Assembly: GCA_025594325.1 (NCBI GenBank)
Contig: JANHCV010000001.1
Location: 2,976,001 to 3,040,000, forward strand
DNA length: 64,000 nt
Reading direction: 5' to 3'
DNA from: Blastocladiella emersonii ATCC 22665
Taxonomy: Eukaryota > Fungi > Blastocladiomycota
Part shown: piece by piece, positions 52,562-64,000 of the stretch
Layout: each line of letters begins with the position of its first letter
Numbering within the stretch: the stretch's first letter is position 1
Notes under the pieces: model-generated
The model's input: only the letters and a program-made list of their open reading frames with translations
What the model was told of the DNA's origin: nothing
Database searches by the model: none
Made by a program: the position numbers and the translations under genes

Positions 52562-52678
52562 AGGGAGAGACGAGGCCGTTGTGCAGCAAATGCAAATAGC
52601 GTGTTTACAAACAGCGATAAATTACCGGGGAGGAGAGAGGGAAACGAACAAGAGGGGCGAGTTGGCCGGGTAACAGGG

Positions 52679-53527
52679 TTACTCGTCGTCGAGCTTGGGC
52701 GCGAGGTAGAAGCTAGACGGGAGAGCAGTGTCAGCGAGAGCGGCCGATCTGAGGAAGAGGAGGGAAGCATACCGGATGAAGCCCAGATCCTCGTCCATGG
52801 TGTACTCGACGAGCAGGGGCACGTCCGTGGACAGCGAGAGGGTGACCGAGGGCGACATGGTGGCGGCCTTGGAGAACATCTTGAGGTACTTGAGCGAGAA
52901 GCCGAGGTTGACGGGCTCGGTGAGGGTGATGGCGACCTCGGAGGAGGCGTCCTTGTCGTCGGCCTTCTTGCCGTTGGGGCGCAGGGTGATGGAGCCAGTG
53001 CCCGAGTCGCCGGCGGCCGAGAACTTGACCGAGTCCTTGATGACCTCGATGTTGACCGTCTCGCCGAGGACCGAGAGGTCGTTGCAGATGCGCTGGAACT
53101 CGGCCGAGGGCAGCTTGACCATGGCGGTGAAGTCGGTCTCCGGGATCGAGAGGTGCTCCGTGTCGACGGTCATGAGCTTGATGTCGAACTCGGACAGGCG
53201 GTCGGTTTTTGGCGACTCGAAGGTGAGGTTGAGCACGTCCGCGTCCTCGCCGGCCTTGATGGTCAGCACGTCGTCGTTGCCCGCGCACTTGAGCACCTTG
53301 GCCAGGGTGCTGAAGTTGACGCCGAGCGACAGGTTGCGGTCGCACCGGAACGGATCGAAGCCCTCGGCGCGCAGCAGCAGCGCCACCAGGGCAACGTGCG
53401 ACGTGTCCATGGCCTGCAGCGCGATGCCCGTCTCGTTGCAGTCGAAGTTGGCGTCCTGGACCAGGTCCTTGACCGCGTCCAGGATCTTCTTGAGCGTCAC
53501 GGCGAGCGGCAGGCGGGCCTCGAGCAT
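52679..53527 (-). CDS. PCNA: Proliferating cell nuclear antigen, intron 52772-52713
   Basis: MLEARL...LKKILDAVKDLVQDANFDC, LQAMDTSHVALV, RCDRNLSLGVN, and final exon FYLAPKLDDE. Confidence 0.98.
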   Translation of the reverse strand: MLEARLPLAVTLKKILDAVKDLVQDANFDCNETGIALQAMDTSHVALVALLLRAEGFDPFRCDRNLSLGVNFSTLAKVLKCAGNDDVLTIKAGEDADVLNLTFESPKTDRLSEFDIKLMTVDTEHLSIPETDFTAMVKLPSAEFQRICNDLSVLGETVNIEVIKDSVKFSAAGDSGTGSITLRPNGKKADDKDASSEVAITLTEPVNLGFSLKYLKMFSKAATMSPSVTLSLSTDVPLLVEYTMDEDLGFIRYASLLFLRSAALADTALPSSFYLAPKLDDE

Positions 53528-54135
53528 GGTGTTGGTCGGCAGGCGGTGGTATACAGAAGATGCGTAGCAAAAGAGTGAGGGGCAGCGATCGTCCGTCGAG
53601 GAGGGGGGAGAGGAAGGGATCGCTCGAGCGTCCCGGCCGGCCAGCGAGTGTGGGAGGTCTCCTAGCTCGCGGCGGTGAGTCGCATCGGTCATATCCTGCA
53701 TCCCGTGACACACACGCGTACCTGCGCCGATTGAACGGATGCGCGTTTCTCGCCTCCCAATACTCTTCCTCAACGTCAAATGATTTGAGAATGATAGAGA
53801 GGGTGTCGCTCGATGACTTCCATCGCTTGGGCGACGGTGCGCGTGATTTGCCTTGACGGGTGCTCTCAAACGCGATCCCTCGCTGATGGACGGCTTCCCA
53901 GGCCGTGAATTAATCGCTCGGCCATGTCGCCATCTTGAGTGCTGTGTGGGTTGCTCGCGTGCTTGTATGGTGGTCGATGTCGGCGTCGGCGTTGGCACCG
54001 CGTGGGGCCAGGGCAGCCTGCAGGGCAGCCGATGGGTTCCGCCGATGCGGCTGACGCTCGACTCTGCGCGCTCCCGCTCTCGCTCCCGCAACGCAACATC
54101 GCCCTTCTTGCAACGTAAACTAAACCAGCGACACC

Positions 54136-56415
54136 ATGGCCGACGAGACCGCTGCCGTCTCGGCGCAGCAACCATCGCCCGCAGAACCCGCGGCTGCCCC
54201 TGTCTCGGCGGTGCGCGCGGTCCGGGCGCCGTCAAGCGCAGCCGAAGCTGGTTCCGACGAACCTTCTTCGTCGTCGGCGCCGTCGAGCACGCTGGCCACA
54301 GACGACGTTCCCGCCGACTCGGCCGTCTCACTGACCCCGAGCCCGTCCTCGGGCGCAGTCGCCAGCGAGACCGAGGAGCCCGCTGCTCCCGCTCCCGATG
54401 CATCGGCCTCGGTCTCTGCTCCTGCTGTTGTCGCTCCCGCTACCGAGCCAAGCTCTGCTTCTTCTGCTGCCCTCGCTGCCGAAGCCCGCCGCGACCCGTC
54501 CGCCTCGGTCGCCGCCAGCATCAGCGGCCCGTCGCCCGCCTTCCTGCGCACCGACCCGGCGCCGAGCCTGCGCCCGAGCCGCCCCAACACGCCCAACAGC
54601 ATGGCCGACGGCCGGTCCGTGCACTCGTACCGCTCCACCATGACGGGCGCCGGCGACGACCTGTCGATTGCCGAGACCCAGTCCGAGACGGCCTCGCTGC
54701 TCCCGACCCCGCTGCCGACACCCGCCGCGCTCGCTAGCGTCACCAACCTGTCCAAGACCATTGACGAAGCGCGCCTGCGCAAGCTGCTCGCCCTGCTGCC
54801 CAAGCTGCAGGAGGCCCTGCCCTTCAAGCCGACGGCGCCCGTGCACAACCTGGCCGTGCTCGTCAAGGCCGAGACCCGCTACATCATCTGGCTCAAGCTG
54901 CTCGCCTCGCTCGACGCGCGCGCCGAGGACTCGATTCTGCCGCCGCTCGACGTCGCCTTCATGTGGATGGTCCACCTCGGCGACACCAAGTCGTACATCC
55001 AGGACGTGCTGCGGCTCGGCGGCGACCACATGCTCGGCTGGCAGTTCCCGCTCGAGCGCCTGCACCAGCTCGTCGTCGAGCTCGGCGCCGACTGGGTCGA
55101 CGCCGACAGCGAGCGCATCTGGCGCCGTTTCGCCCCCGCCGAGCCCTACCGCTTCCCCTACCCGGACAATATGGCCGAGGCCACGCTCCCCTTTGTGTGC
55201 CCGCGGTGCTCCACCACCTGTCCGATCTCGGCACCGCAGTACGTGCGCGTCCGCTTTGGCAGCGATACCGTCGAGTGCGTCCGGTGCCAGCGCGGCGGTG
55301 TCAACATCGCCCTGTGGTCCGCCATGCTGTTCCTCAACGACGTGCGCAAGGTCGCCGGCGACGCGTCGCTCGCCAACTTCCAGCTCAAGTGCGTTTCTCG
55401 TCACTCCTCTTGAACAACACAGCGCTAACATCCTCGCGCCCTCAGGTCGACGCAAATGGCGTCCAATAACCAGCTCGACCCGGCGCTCACCGCCAACCTC
55501 AACTCGTTCCTCAAGGCCGTGCGCTTTGACCTGCAGCTGCAGAGCAAGCTGCGCCTGTCGGCCAACCGGTACTGGAACGACGTGTACGCGCTGCTGCGCA
55601 CCTCGCTCGTCGACTCGAGCCTGTCGGCCGAGGAGCAGGCGCTCTTCACCTCGGCCCTCATGAACAGTTACGGCAACATTGTCACCGAGCTGTCGATTGA
55701 CCTCGTCGAGCGCGCCGAGCACTGGATCCGGTTCCTCGCCATGATCGACACGGTGACGACCACCGAGACGTGGCGCGCCACGGCGACGGGCGGCGACGTC
55801 GCGTCCTCCTCCTCGTCGAGCTCGGGCGCGCCGGCCGACGCGCGGGCGTGGATCCCCGGGTGCTGCGACCGATACTTCAAGTTCCTCCTGCTGCAGGGCG
55901 CGCTGTGCGAGCAGTACCACGCCAAGCAGGTCAAGGCGCGGGCCAAGGGACAGCCGTTCGACGACGGGGCCGGGCCCAAGATGGTGATGCCGACGTTCGA
56001 CATCATGGTCGCGTACCAGATGCACCTGCTCAACCCGCGCGCCTACTACCAGTACTCGATGGCGCACTTCCACCGCGTCGTCAACTTCCACTTCTACTCG
56101 GAGGCCGCCATGGTCAAGGCGTACACGCGCACGCGCCGGCTCTGGAAGCAGCGGTACCGCGAGGAGTACGACCCGCACACCAACGCCGCCTACTCGGACC
56201 TCCTCACCCGCCACCGCTGGCGCAAGCTGCTCAAGCTCGGCGGCAAAATCGTCATGCTCCCGCTCTCGCTCGTCGTCGTCTCCACCGTCATGCTGCTCGG
56301 CGCCGGGTCATCCGCCGGCGCCGCCGCCACGGCCGTCGCACCGCCCAGCGCAAGCGGAGCCGGCGGCCGCCGCGAGACCGAGGTCACTGGCGATTTCACC
56401 CCGTCGACGCGGTAG
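54136..56415 (+). CDS. DUF1399 / GRDP-like protein, intron 55389-55445
   Basis: LPPLDVAFMWMVHL and RYFKFLLL...MPTFDIMVAYQMHLLNPRAY are the two repeated DUF1399-type motifs. CPRC...CVRC lies between them. Long Ala/Ser/Pro-rich N-terminus. Confidence 0.75.
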
Positions 56416-56566
56416 CAGCGGCGAGCCGCCCCCGCTTCTCCCTCACCTGTACAGCTCCCCCTTCCATACCTCGCCAGCGTCCTCCACCCCTCCTCCCCGC
56501 TTTCTCGCTCGTTTTTGTACCGCTCTCGTTCCCGTCATTGTTCATGTATATGACAGATTTAGATTT

Positions 56567-58009
56567 TCATAGCTCGTGGTGCTCGGTCTTGGGGATCGGC
56601 GGCACCGCGCCGTCGCCCGCGGCCGACTGCGACCACGTCCTGGCCCGGCGCCCGCGACATACGGTACCCGGGCTCGGCGCCACGGTCGGCGGGCGGCCCA
56701 GCTCGGCGCACGCCGCGGCCGGAGCGAAAGCCACGACCGGGTCGTGCAGCGCGCGGCAGGTCACTGTACGCGCGATCGGGTTAGTACTTGTCGCGGTGCA
56801 TTGATGTGCGTGTGCGACGTACGCTGTCCCATCGACATCCCCGCGAGCCCGGCGCGACACTCGTCCTCGGACGCAAACACGACCTCGGCCGCCTCGCCCG
56901 CGCCCCCGCCGCGGACCATGCGCTCCGGGTCCTCGGCCGCGGCGACGGCCATCATGGCCGCGCGTTTCGCGCACTCGCCGTCGGCCGCGAACCGTGCGCA
57001 GATCTGCGCGACGAGCCGCTCGCGGACCGCGGACCCGGGCTCGTCGTCGTCGCGCGGCAGCCACGGGACGAGGCCGGCCAGCGACCCCTCGGCGTCGTCC
57101 GCGGGACCGACCATTGAGATGTCAAACTCGCGGATCTGGCCGTCGCGGTTGAACCGCCACCACGTCCATAGATGGACCGTCGTCGAGACGTGCTGCGGCG
57201 AGGGAGCGTGCGGCGAGGCGGGGGAGGGGGAAGGGTGTAGCAGGCGTCGGAACATGGCACGGACACCGCGGCCGCCCGTTGTGCTGGATGATGGCTGCGC
57301 CGCGGCCGCGGTGGGCGTGCCTGGCGGCGATGGCCGCGGCGTGAGGGTGATCTGGTGGACCATGGACACGATCCCGCACGTCACGGCGTAGTGGGTCTGG
57401 TGCAGCGAGGCGACCGACAGCTGAGACGACGCGAGCAAGGCCGTCGGCAGCGTGTTGAGGTACAGCTTGGCGGCTACGCGCTGGGCGCGAGTCAGCGTTG
57501 CGACGAAAAGCGGTTTTGGGGGAACGACGCACCCTCGACGCCCTCCATGCTGCCAAGCGAGTGGATCCGGCCATGGACGTCCTTGGCAAGAAGATCGTCA
57601 AGCGGGACTAGGCATGCAATCAAGGTCAGGCTCCCCTTGATCACGACGGCCACTGCACAAACGAACCGAACGCAGCACGCTCACTCGCCATCCCTGCCGC
57701 TCGCGCGATCACGTCGCCGAGAAGCACCGTGACGCGTGTCGCGAAAAAGTCCCATCCCGGCGGGACAGCACAAGTGTCCTGCGGCGTGTAGGTCGGCAGG
57801 ACGGGTCCCTTGGTCTCGGCGGCCGTCGTCGCCGTTGCCGTGGTGGTGTTCACGGGCGGAGCGGCGGGCTCGCTCCCACGGCGTGCGACCTGACCGCCGC
57901 CGGGCGGGACGAGCGCGTGCGCCACGACAGGCGGCGAGGCGAGCCCGCCCAGCACGATCACGGCGGCCAGGACGCTGATCGTGACCAACAAGTTGCGCTT
58001 ACGTTTCAT
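56567..58009 (-). CDS. Secreted protein of a conserved fungal Cys-rich family with an NTF2/SnoaL-like region. Exons 58009-57685, 57607-57533, 57473-56823, 56763-56567
   Basis: Signal peptide; LAKDVHGRI, WWRFNRDGQIREFDI, ICARF...FASEDECRAGL...LTCRALH. All three introns are GT-AG and in frame. Confidence 0.7.
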
Positions 58010-58210
58010 GGCTGATTGGTTGGTTGGTTTACAGGGTACGGGGAGTGTCAAGCCCCTGACGCGGCCATCGAGACGACGGCGGCAGGGACGCGTCGCGGGG
58101 GTGCGAGACATCACATGATATCGCGACGCGTGATGCTGTGAGACACAGAAAATCGGACCACGTCCGATTGTACATAATACCGAATAAGCATATCTCGCGC
58201 AGGCTACGCC

Positions 58211-60505
58211 TCACGCCTCCTCGCCGGCGGCCCCGCTCGGGGGCGCGGCAGCCTCCGCCGGCTCGCCCTGGGCCTCGCCATGCCTCGCGCCGCCCTCGCC
58301 CCCACCATCGCGTTCAGGGGGTGGCGGTGGCGGTGCATGCGAAGCCCCCGAGTCGGCCGCGGTCTCGTCGGCGGCGCCCGCCTCGCGCTCGCGCTCGTCC
58401 TCGTCGCCGTCGCCGTCGCTATCCTCGTCGTCGTCAGCGTCCGCGTCCCGCTGCGGCTGGTCGCGCTGGCGCTGCAGCTTGGCCCAGTGCAGCCCGCACG
58501 CGTTGCACAGCGTGGCGCGGCCGTCGGGCCCGCGCCGCCACTCGGGCGTCTCGGTCGCGTTGCACGAGTGGCAGCGGCCGGATACGGGCGGGCCCATTTT
58601 CTACGCGACGAGCAGGAGGTGAGACACGGAACTCGAGCGCGCATGTGGGCGAAAGCAAACGTACCACGCGCTTGCGGGACCGGAGCTGGTGGCCGGCGAG
58701 CAGGCGCTTGCTGCGGATCACCTGCATGTCGTGCAGGTCGGCGGGCGAGAGATGGCTGGTATCGGGCCACACGATGGCGGGGAGCGCCGGGTGGTCGCCG
58801 GACGCACCGGCGGCGCCGCGCTTGCGCGAGGTGCGGCGCGATGTCGAGGCTGAGGCTGCACCAGCGGCGGGAGCGCCCTGCGCTTGTGCGAGTGCCGGCG
58901 CAGGGACCGCAGCAGCGTAGGAAGAAGAAGGGCCGGTAGGCGCTCCGTCGGGCGCTTGCACAGCGGAAGCAGGTGCGAAGCGCGAGAGCGGCTGCTGATG
59001 CGGCCGCGCCTGCGGCTGCTGGTGCGGCAACGGTCCGCCGACGTCGGGGGTGCCGGGATGGCTCGGGTCCCAGTTCCACTGCTGCAGCGCGTCGTCGCGG
59101 TCCATGGCGGCGGCCGGGTGCGCGACCTCGGCCCACGACGACTGCTGCGGCCGGTGAGGCGGCTGTTGCTGCTGCTCGACGTGGTGGGGCGCGAGCGGAA
59201 CGAACGACACCGGGTTGGGCGCCATTCGTTGGTGTTGAGGTTGAGGAGGCGGCGCGGACGGCATCGGACGCGTTGCGTTGCGCAGGTCGTCGGGATAGGT
59301 GTGCGAGGGCGGCATGGAGCGGACGGGCGGCGGCGGCGGGTCCTGCGGCTCGAGAGGGCCGTACGGGTTGCGCGGCAACGGGGCCGGCGGCCGAGTGGCG
59401 GGAACGGCCTCGATGGGTTCGGCAAAGGGCGGAACGAGGCCGTGCGAGTCGAGCAGGTCGCGGGCCGACTGCAGCAGGATCACGGTCTGCAGGCTCTGGT
59501 AGGTGCGGAGCACCGTGGTGCGCAGCATGTCGGACGACGGCAGCGCCTCGGCGAGGGGCACGCGGCGCGCGAGGATCGAGCGCAGGCTGTGGCCGAGGTG
59601 CGCGACGTTGTCCATGTTGATCACGAGCTAAGGAGAGGACGGAGACGTAAGCGAGCGCGCGGGTCAAGCGTGGACAGGGACATGAAACGAACCGCGTCGA
59701 GCGACTGGATCATCTGCCACGCAAAGGTCGGGTCGGCGGGATCCGTGGCGCCCTCGACGACGTCGGCCCAGGCGTCGTCCTCGGCGGCGTACTGGTCGTA
59801 GTCGTAGCCGTATGCGGCGGCCTGCTCGCGACCGCGAGCGTAATCGTAGTGCTGCTGCTGCTGCGACGGATACGGCGGGTAGGCGGGGCGCGGGGCGGCG
59901 GGCGGGTAGCGATACCCTGCCTCGTCGCCGTAGTGTTGTTGTGGCCTGCGTGCGGGCGGCGGGCCGCGCGGCGGAAGACCGGCGCGATGGTGGTGGTGGT
60001 ACTGGTAGCGAACGGCGGCCGGGTCCTCGCCGGCGGGATAGCTCGCGTCGTACGCAGCAGCGCCTGGTCCGCGGGCAGCCGCGTAGTGGGCGGCGGCCGG
60101 GTCGGACCTCGGCTGGTCCGGCGGCGCCGCGTTCGGGTCAGCGACGGGGTGGCGCGGCGGCGGGTGGTGCGCGTAGTCGTTGGCGTCGGCGCGGGGCGCA
60201 TCGTCGGGTGCATGGCGGTACTGAGCCGGCGGCGGCGCAGGGTGGTTTGCGATAGCAATTGAGGACGAAGGAGCAGGGGCCGCACGCGGCGGGAGCGGGC
60301 GCGCGGGCGTGTCGGTCGGGTAGACCACTTTGAAGCCAGCAGGCGCAGAGGCCGCAGATGGACCGCCCGCGGGCGGCGGTGCGTAGGCGGGCGGCGGCAG
60401 GTCCCAGGTGGTCGGCGGGAGGGCCAAGTCCCGCTTGGACGGCAGGGCAGCGTGAGCGCGCGGCGCGGCCGATCGCACCTCCGAGGGCGCGTATGGATGA
60501 TACAT
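58211..60505 (-). CDS. NsdD/SUB-1-like GATA zinc-finger transcription factor. Exons 60505-59693, 59627-58665, 58600-58211
   Basis: [33 protein letters not shown] is near-identical to the NsdD/SUB-1 finger ([33 protein letters not shown]). Pro/Gln/Tyr-rich N-terminus; two phase-0 introns. Confidence 0.85.
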
Positions 60506-61849
60506 GACGACGGCGATGGCGCAATGGCCGGACAGGGACACGGAGGGCGTGGCAAGCAGAATGCAGCAAGTCGGGCACGGAATAGGAGGGGGTTTCGAAC
60601 AGCGCGCGATGAGCGAGGGAGAGGCCGATAGGCGAGCCGGTTCATGCGGGGCGCGCGCGGCGCCGCGGCGGGCTGGACGACCCGTTCGGAGCGCGACCGC
60701 GGTCGCGTCTCCCGGCGTCGCAGATGGAAATCCAGCATCGACGCACGTCGCTCCAGTGAGCGTCCTGCGCGGATGCCCATGCAAGATGGCGAATGTCTCA
60801 GCCGGCCCCACTCCGGGCCACGCCGGCGGGCATCCGATCCCCGTGCTTGGCGGGCATCGGGACCGCGTGGGGCGGATCGGTGCTCGCGAGATGCGACCTG
60901 GGTGGCGAGACGACGGCGGTGGGCAGCGGTGGGCAGCGGTCAACTCGCATCGAGGTCGAGCGTGCGATGCGTGGCGCAGCCGAAATCTATCTTTGTCCTT
61001 CCCAGGGAATCTGCCAGGGAATCGGTTTCCCCACCGCACGCTCCCGAATCCCGCACCCCCACCGCCGAGTTTGGGATTGGAACCCAGAGGGGAGACGCCG
61101 GGACGCGATGGGAGAGGTGGGAGGCCTACGGGCAACGCGAGCTGGGAGACTGGCTCCCGTGGCGGGTGGGCGGGTTGCAACGCGCCTGCTTCGTTGCTTG
61201 CACGAGTCGCGTGGGAGGGGGTGTTCGGGGCGAAGGAGAGTCGGACACCTGTACAGAATCTCATCGATCGGCGGGGGCGCCCCGATCCGATCTCTTCTCG
61301 TTGTCCTTCCTCGCCGCTCACGCCCGCGCGCACTCACCCGTCCCGTCCCCGTTCCCGTCGGCTTCTCTCTCAGCGACTTGGTGCCGTAACCGCTGGTGCC
61401 TCCGCTGCACCCGTCTCCATGTGCGTCGCGTCGCGTCCGTCCCGTTGCAGCGGCCACGGAAGCCGCGCTACACGCAGCAGACCCCCTCGCGCGCCGCCGG
61501 CGCTGGGTTGCGGCCTTGGCGCTGCCGGGCCGTGGCCTGGCCGCCGCTGCAGTCCCTCTCGCGGGTGTGCTGCGACGGCGCCAGCGCTCGTCAGCGCTGC
61601 CCTCCTCGTCGCTGCCCGTCCCATTGCATGCGAGCCGCTCGTCCCTCTCCCACGGCTCACCCGCCTCGTCTCTCCATCGGGCGTGTAGTCCCCACATCCT
61701 CGCCTACCCGCGTGCGCACGAGCAGCAAAAGGCAAGGCGATCCCGACCGATACGGACCGATCCTGCCGCCGCAGTTCCCACACTGCCCGCTGCCTGCCTG
61801 GCCCTCATCATCAGCAAGACCACCCCGCCAGCGTGCGCACACGATCCCC

Positions 61850-63549
61850 ATGGACGCGGCTGTGGCAGCATCACCCAGCCGTGACACGCCGTCCATGAAG
61901 GCCACGTCACCGTGCCCCGCCGTCGCGCATGACGGTGAGACGGCGCGTGGCCCGCGGCCCTCGACCCAGCCGGCGTCGCCGCCACCTCACGGCGAGGGGC
62001 AGACCGGCTCGCTGCACGGGCTCGCCACGGCGGCCGCGGCCGACGCCGCAACGCCCACGCCCACGCCCACGCCGGCGCCCGGTTCGGGGCAGCCCGCCGG
62101 TGAAGACTCGCAGGTACGCATGTCCCTTCGATCCCTCCAGTGCGGTCAGTCTCGGCCGCACCGCACGCGGCGCGGACGGTGACGTGGCGGTGACGTCCCC
62201 CCGCGCGGAGTGACGCGCGAACGCGTTGGCGGCGGCGCAGCAACTGGCGCGGCGAGCGTGCGGCGCGGCGTTGCGTGGATCGACCGTTCGCGGCTCCCCG
62301 CGCATCGCGCAGCACGGCGTGGCGTGTTTCGCACACGCGCGCCATGGCTGCTGCGATTGGTGGCGATGCGCGTCGCCGCGTGGAGGGGGGAATGGACCCT
62401 CGCCTTCTTGTTCTCCCTCGCCGCCTTTCCACGGCGCCTCGCCTTCCGCCCTCTCGCACTCGCCTTCTCCCCTCCCTCGCTCCCGCTCTCCCGCTCTCCC
62501 GCTCTCCCGCTCTCCCGCCCTGAACCGCTCCCACCACCACCATCGCGATCATCGGTACACGACGTTGCTGCTCATCGCGCCGTCGACCTCGACCTCGCGC
62601 GGGCGTGTCGCGCGGCTGCACGCTCATCACAGCTGCCAGCCAGTGCTGCGCAGCCGCACGCGCTCGGGGCGAGGCTTCCGGGCCTTCCCCGATCGCATCC
62701 CGAGCCTCGGAGCCTCGCGCCCGCGCGCCCCTCCTCCCTCCCTCGCTCCCTCCCGCTGCGCATCCCCGCTCTCCTCGCCGTCCCCTGCGAGCTACCGCAT
62801 TATCACCCGCGCCATCATCGCGCTCCATCCCGCCCTGCCCTTTAATCTCGCCCGCCACCGCCACCCTCCTCCGATCGCGCTCACGTACGGCATCGAGATT
62901 GCGCCAGCAGGCTTGCCGGAAAGCCTGTCGGCGCGCTCCCCCCGATCGGCCCGCCCGGAGCCCGCGCGCGTCCGTTTGCTTGTCGCCCCCGTGTCGCCGC
63001 GCCGTGCCGCGCCCGCTCACGCTCGCCCTCGCCCTCGCCCTCCCTCGCCTCCCCGTCCCCACCGTGTGGGAGCCGCCGCCGCCGCCCTGCCTGCTCCCAC
63101 GCGACGCCGCGCTCCACGTGTCCTCCCCGCACACGATCTCTCACTCGTGCTAACCCGATGCAATCGCGCTCTCTCCGCTAGCGACCCTGCTCCACCCTCG
63201 CCACTGCGGCTGCACTACCCGCAACTGCCAGCAACGACAGCGGCATCCCCGACACCAGCACCAGCAGCAACCTGCAGTGCGCCCCGCACCACAACCCGGC
63301 CGGCTTCCCTCCCTCCTTCTTCGACGGCTCCGCTGCTCCGCCGCACCACCAACGCCTCCACCACGGCCACGGCCACCCCCACGACCTCTCGCCGCCGACC
63401 GGCCCCGTGATCGGCCCGGCTGATCGGTCCCTCCATCCTTCGGCCATCGCCCCGCAGTCGCCGTCGTACCCGTACAGGCCCTCGGCTCCGCCTGCCTCGG
63501 CGCACCCGCAGCACCTGCACGCCCACGCTCCCTGGTCCGCCAATCTGCC

Positions 63550-63585
<36 letters not shown>

Positions 63586-64000
63586 CCACGGCCACGGGCA
63601 GTACCAGCACCACCCGTACTACCGCCGCCCCCATCCCGCGCACGGCCCTGCCAACAACGACGACCTCGACGATCTCGACGACGCCGACGACCCCATGTCC
63701 ATCCCGTCCATGCCCGCCCCGCCGCTCGGCGCCGCCGGCTCCTCGGGCAAGCCCGCGCGCGACCTCGCCGGCTCCAGCGCGCAGCTCAGCTCCTTCCGCG
63801 GCGGTTCCCCTCGCCTCGCGTCGCCCTCGGCCTACGCCGCCGGCCCTTCTTCCTCGTCGGCCATCGCCGTCGACCACCACGGCGCCCACCACCACCACTT
63901 CCACCAGCACCCACAGCAGCACCACGCCGACCCGCACCACCATGGCCACCACCATGACCATGGCCACGGCCACGGCCAAGACCACGCCCACGACGCGCAC
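61850..64000 (+). CDS. Low-complexity (Pro/His/Gln-rich) protein, probably a regulator, 3' end beyond the window. Exons 61850-62113 and 63182->64000
   Basis: CAG|GTACGC donor at 62114, CTAAC branch near 63150, TAG acceptor at 63181. Both sides are phase 0, and the frame stays open to the window end with polyQ and His-rich tracts. Confidence 0.6.
62480..62519. repeat. Five tandem copies of CTCCCGCT inside the long intron
   Basis: Seen directly; last copy is CTCCCGCC. Confidence 0.85.
63554..63583 (+). repeat. (CAG)10 polyglutamine-coding microsatellite
   Basis: Seen directly, in frame with the 63182 exon. Confidence 0.9.

Noticed and set aside
53714-53719. ACGCGT (MCB-like) upstream of PCNA
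   Set aside because: A single hexamer that is frequent by chance in this CpG-rich sequence.
52679-54403. 574-aa ORF suggesting an N-terminally extended PCNA fusion
   Set aside because: The canonical MLEARL start is at 53527. The upstream part overlaps the promoter and the DUF1399 gene on the other strand and is not protein-like.

Overview
This window is very GC-rich eukaryotic DNA with densely packed genes and short GT-AG introns (mostly about 55-75 nt, with CTAAC/CTGAC branch sites). Gene content points to an early-diverging zoosporic fungus, plausibly Blastocladiomycota; the taxon is inferred, not proven. Supporting genes are a WC-2-type PAS-GATA factor, an NsdD-type GATA factor, a cilium-linked TSNAXIP1-like gene, and CC2D1, SAMHD1 and phosphorylase-kinase homology. 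About 25 protein-coding genes can be modelled. They include VPS13 (runs off the left edge), Dis3L2, GlnRS, ARP6, a CC2D1-like protein, a carnitine carrier, PPT1, NDUFS5, MRPL4, a GST, an alpha/beta hydrolase, SAMHD1-like, a ZnT zinc transporter, an ABCC transporter, a class I CPD photolyase, COPB2, ERV2, PCNA and a DUF1399 protein. No rRNA, tRNA or CRISPR array was seen. Most ORFs in the supplied track are antisense or off-frame shadows of high GC3 content. Four things stand out. (1) A photolyase, a WC-2-like factor and an NsdD/SUB-1-like factor lie within about 20 kb, with a CGATCG cluster upstream of the photolyase; this is a possible light-response neighbourhood. (2) Two 5'-truncated gene tails (phosphorylase kinase regulatory subunit and argininosuccinate synthase) are joined back-to-back at about 33.02 kb. 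(3) A 297-bp foldback/MITE has ~60-bp TIRs and an AAT duplication. (4) The WC-2-like gene has a candidate 5-nt microexon. All homology calls come from motif recognition by eye; no searches were run.
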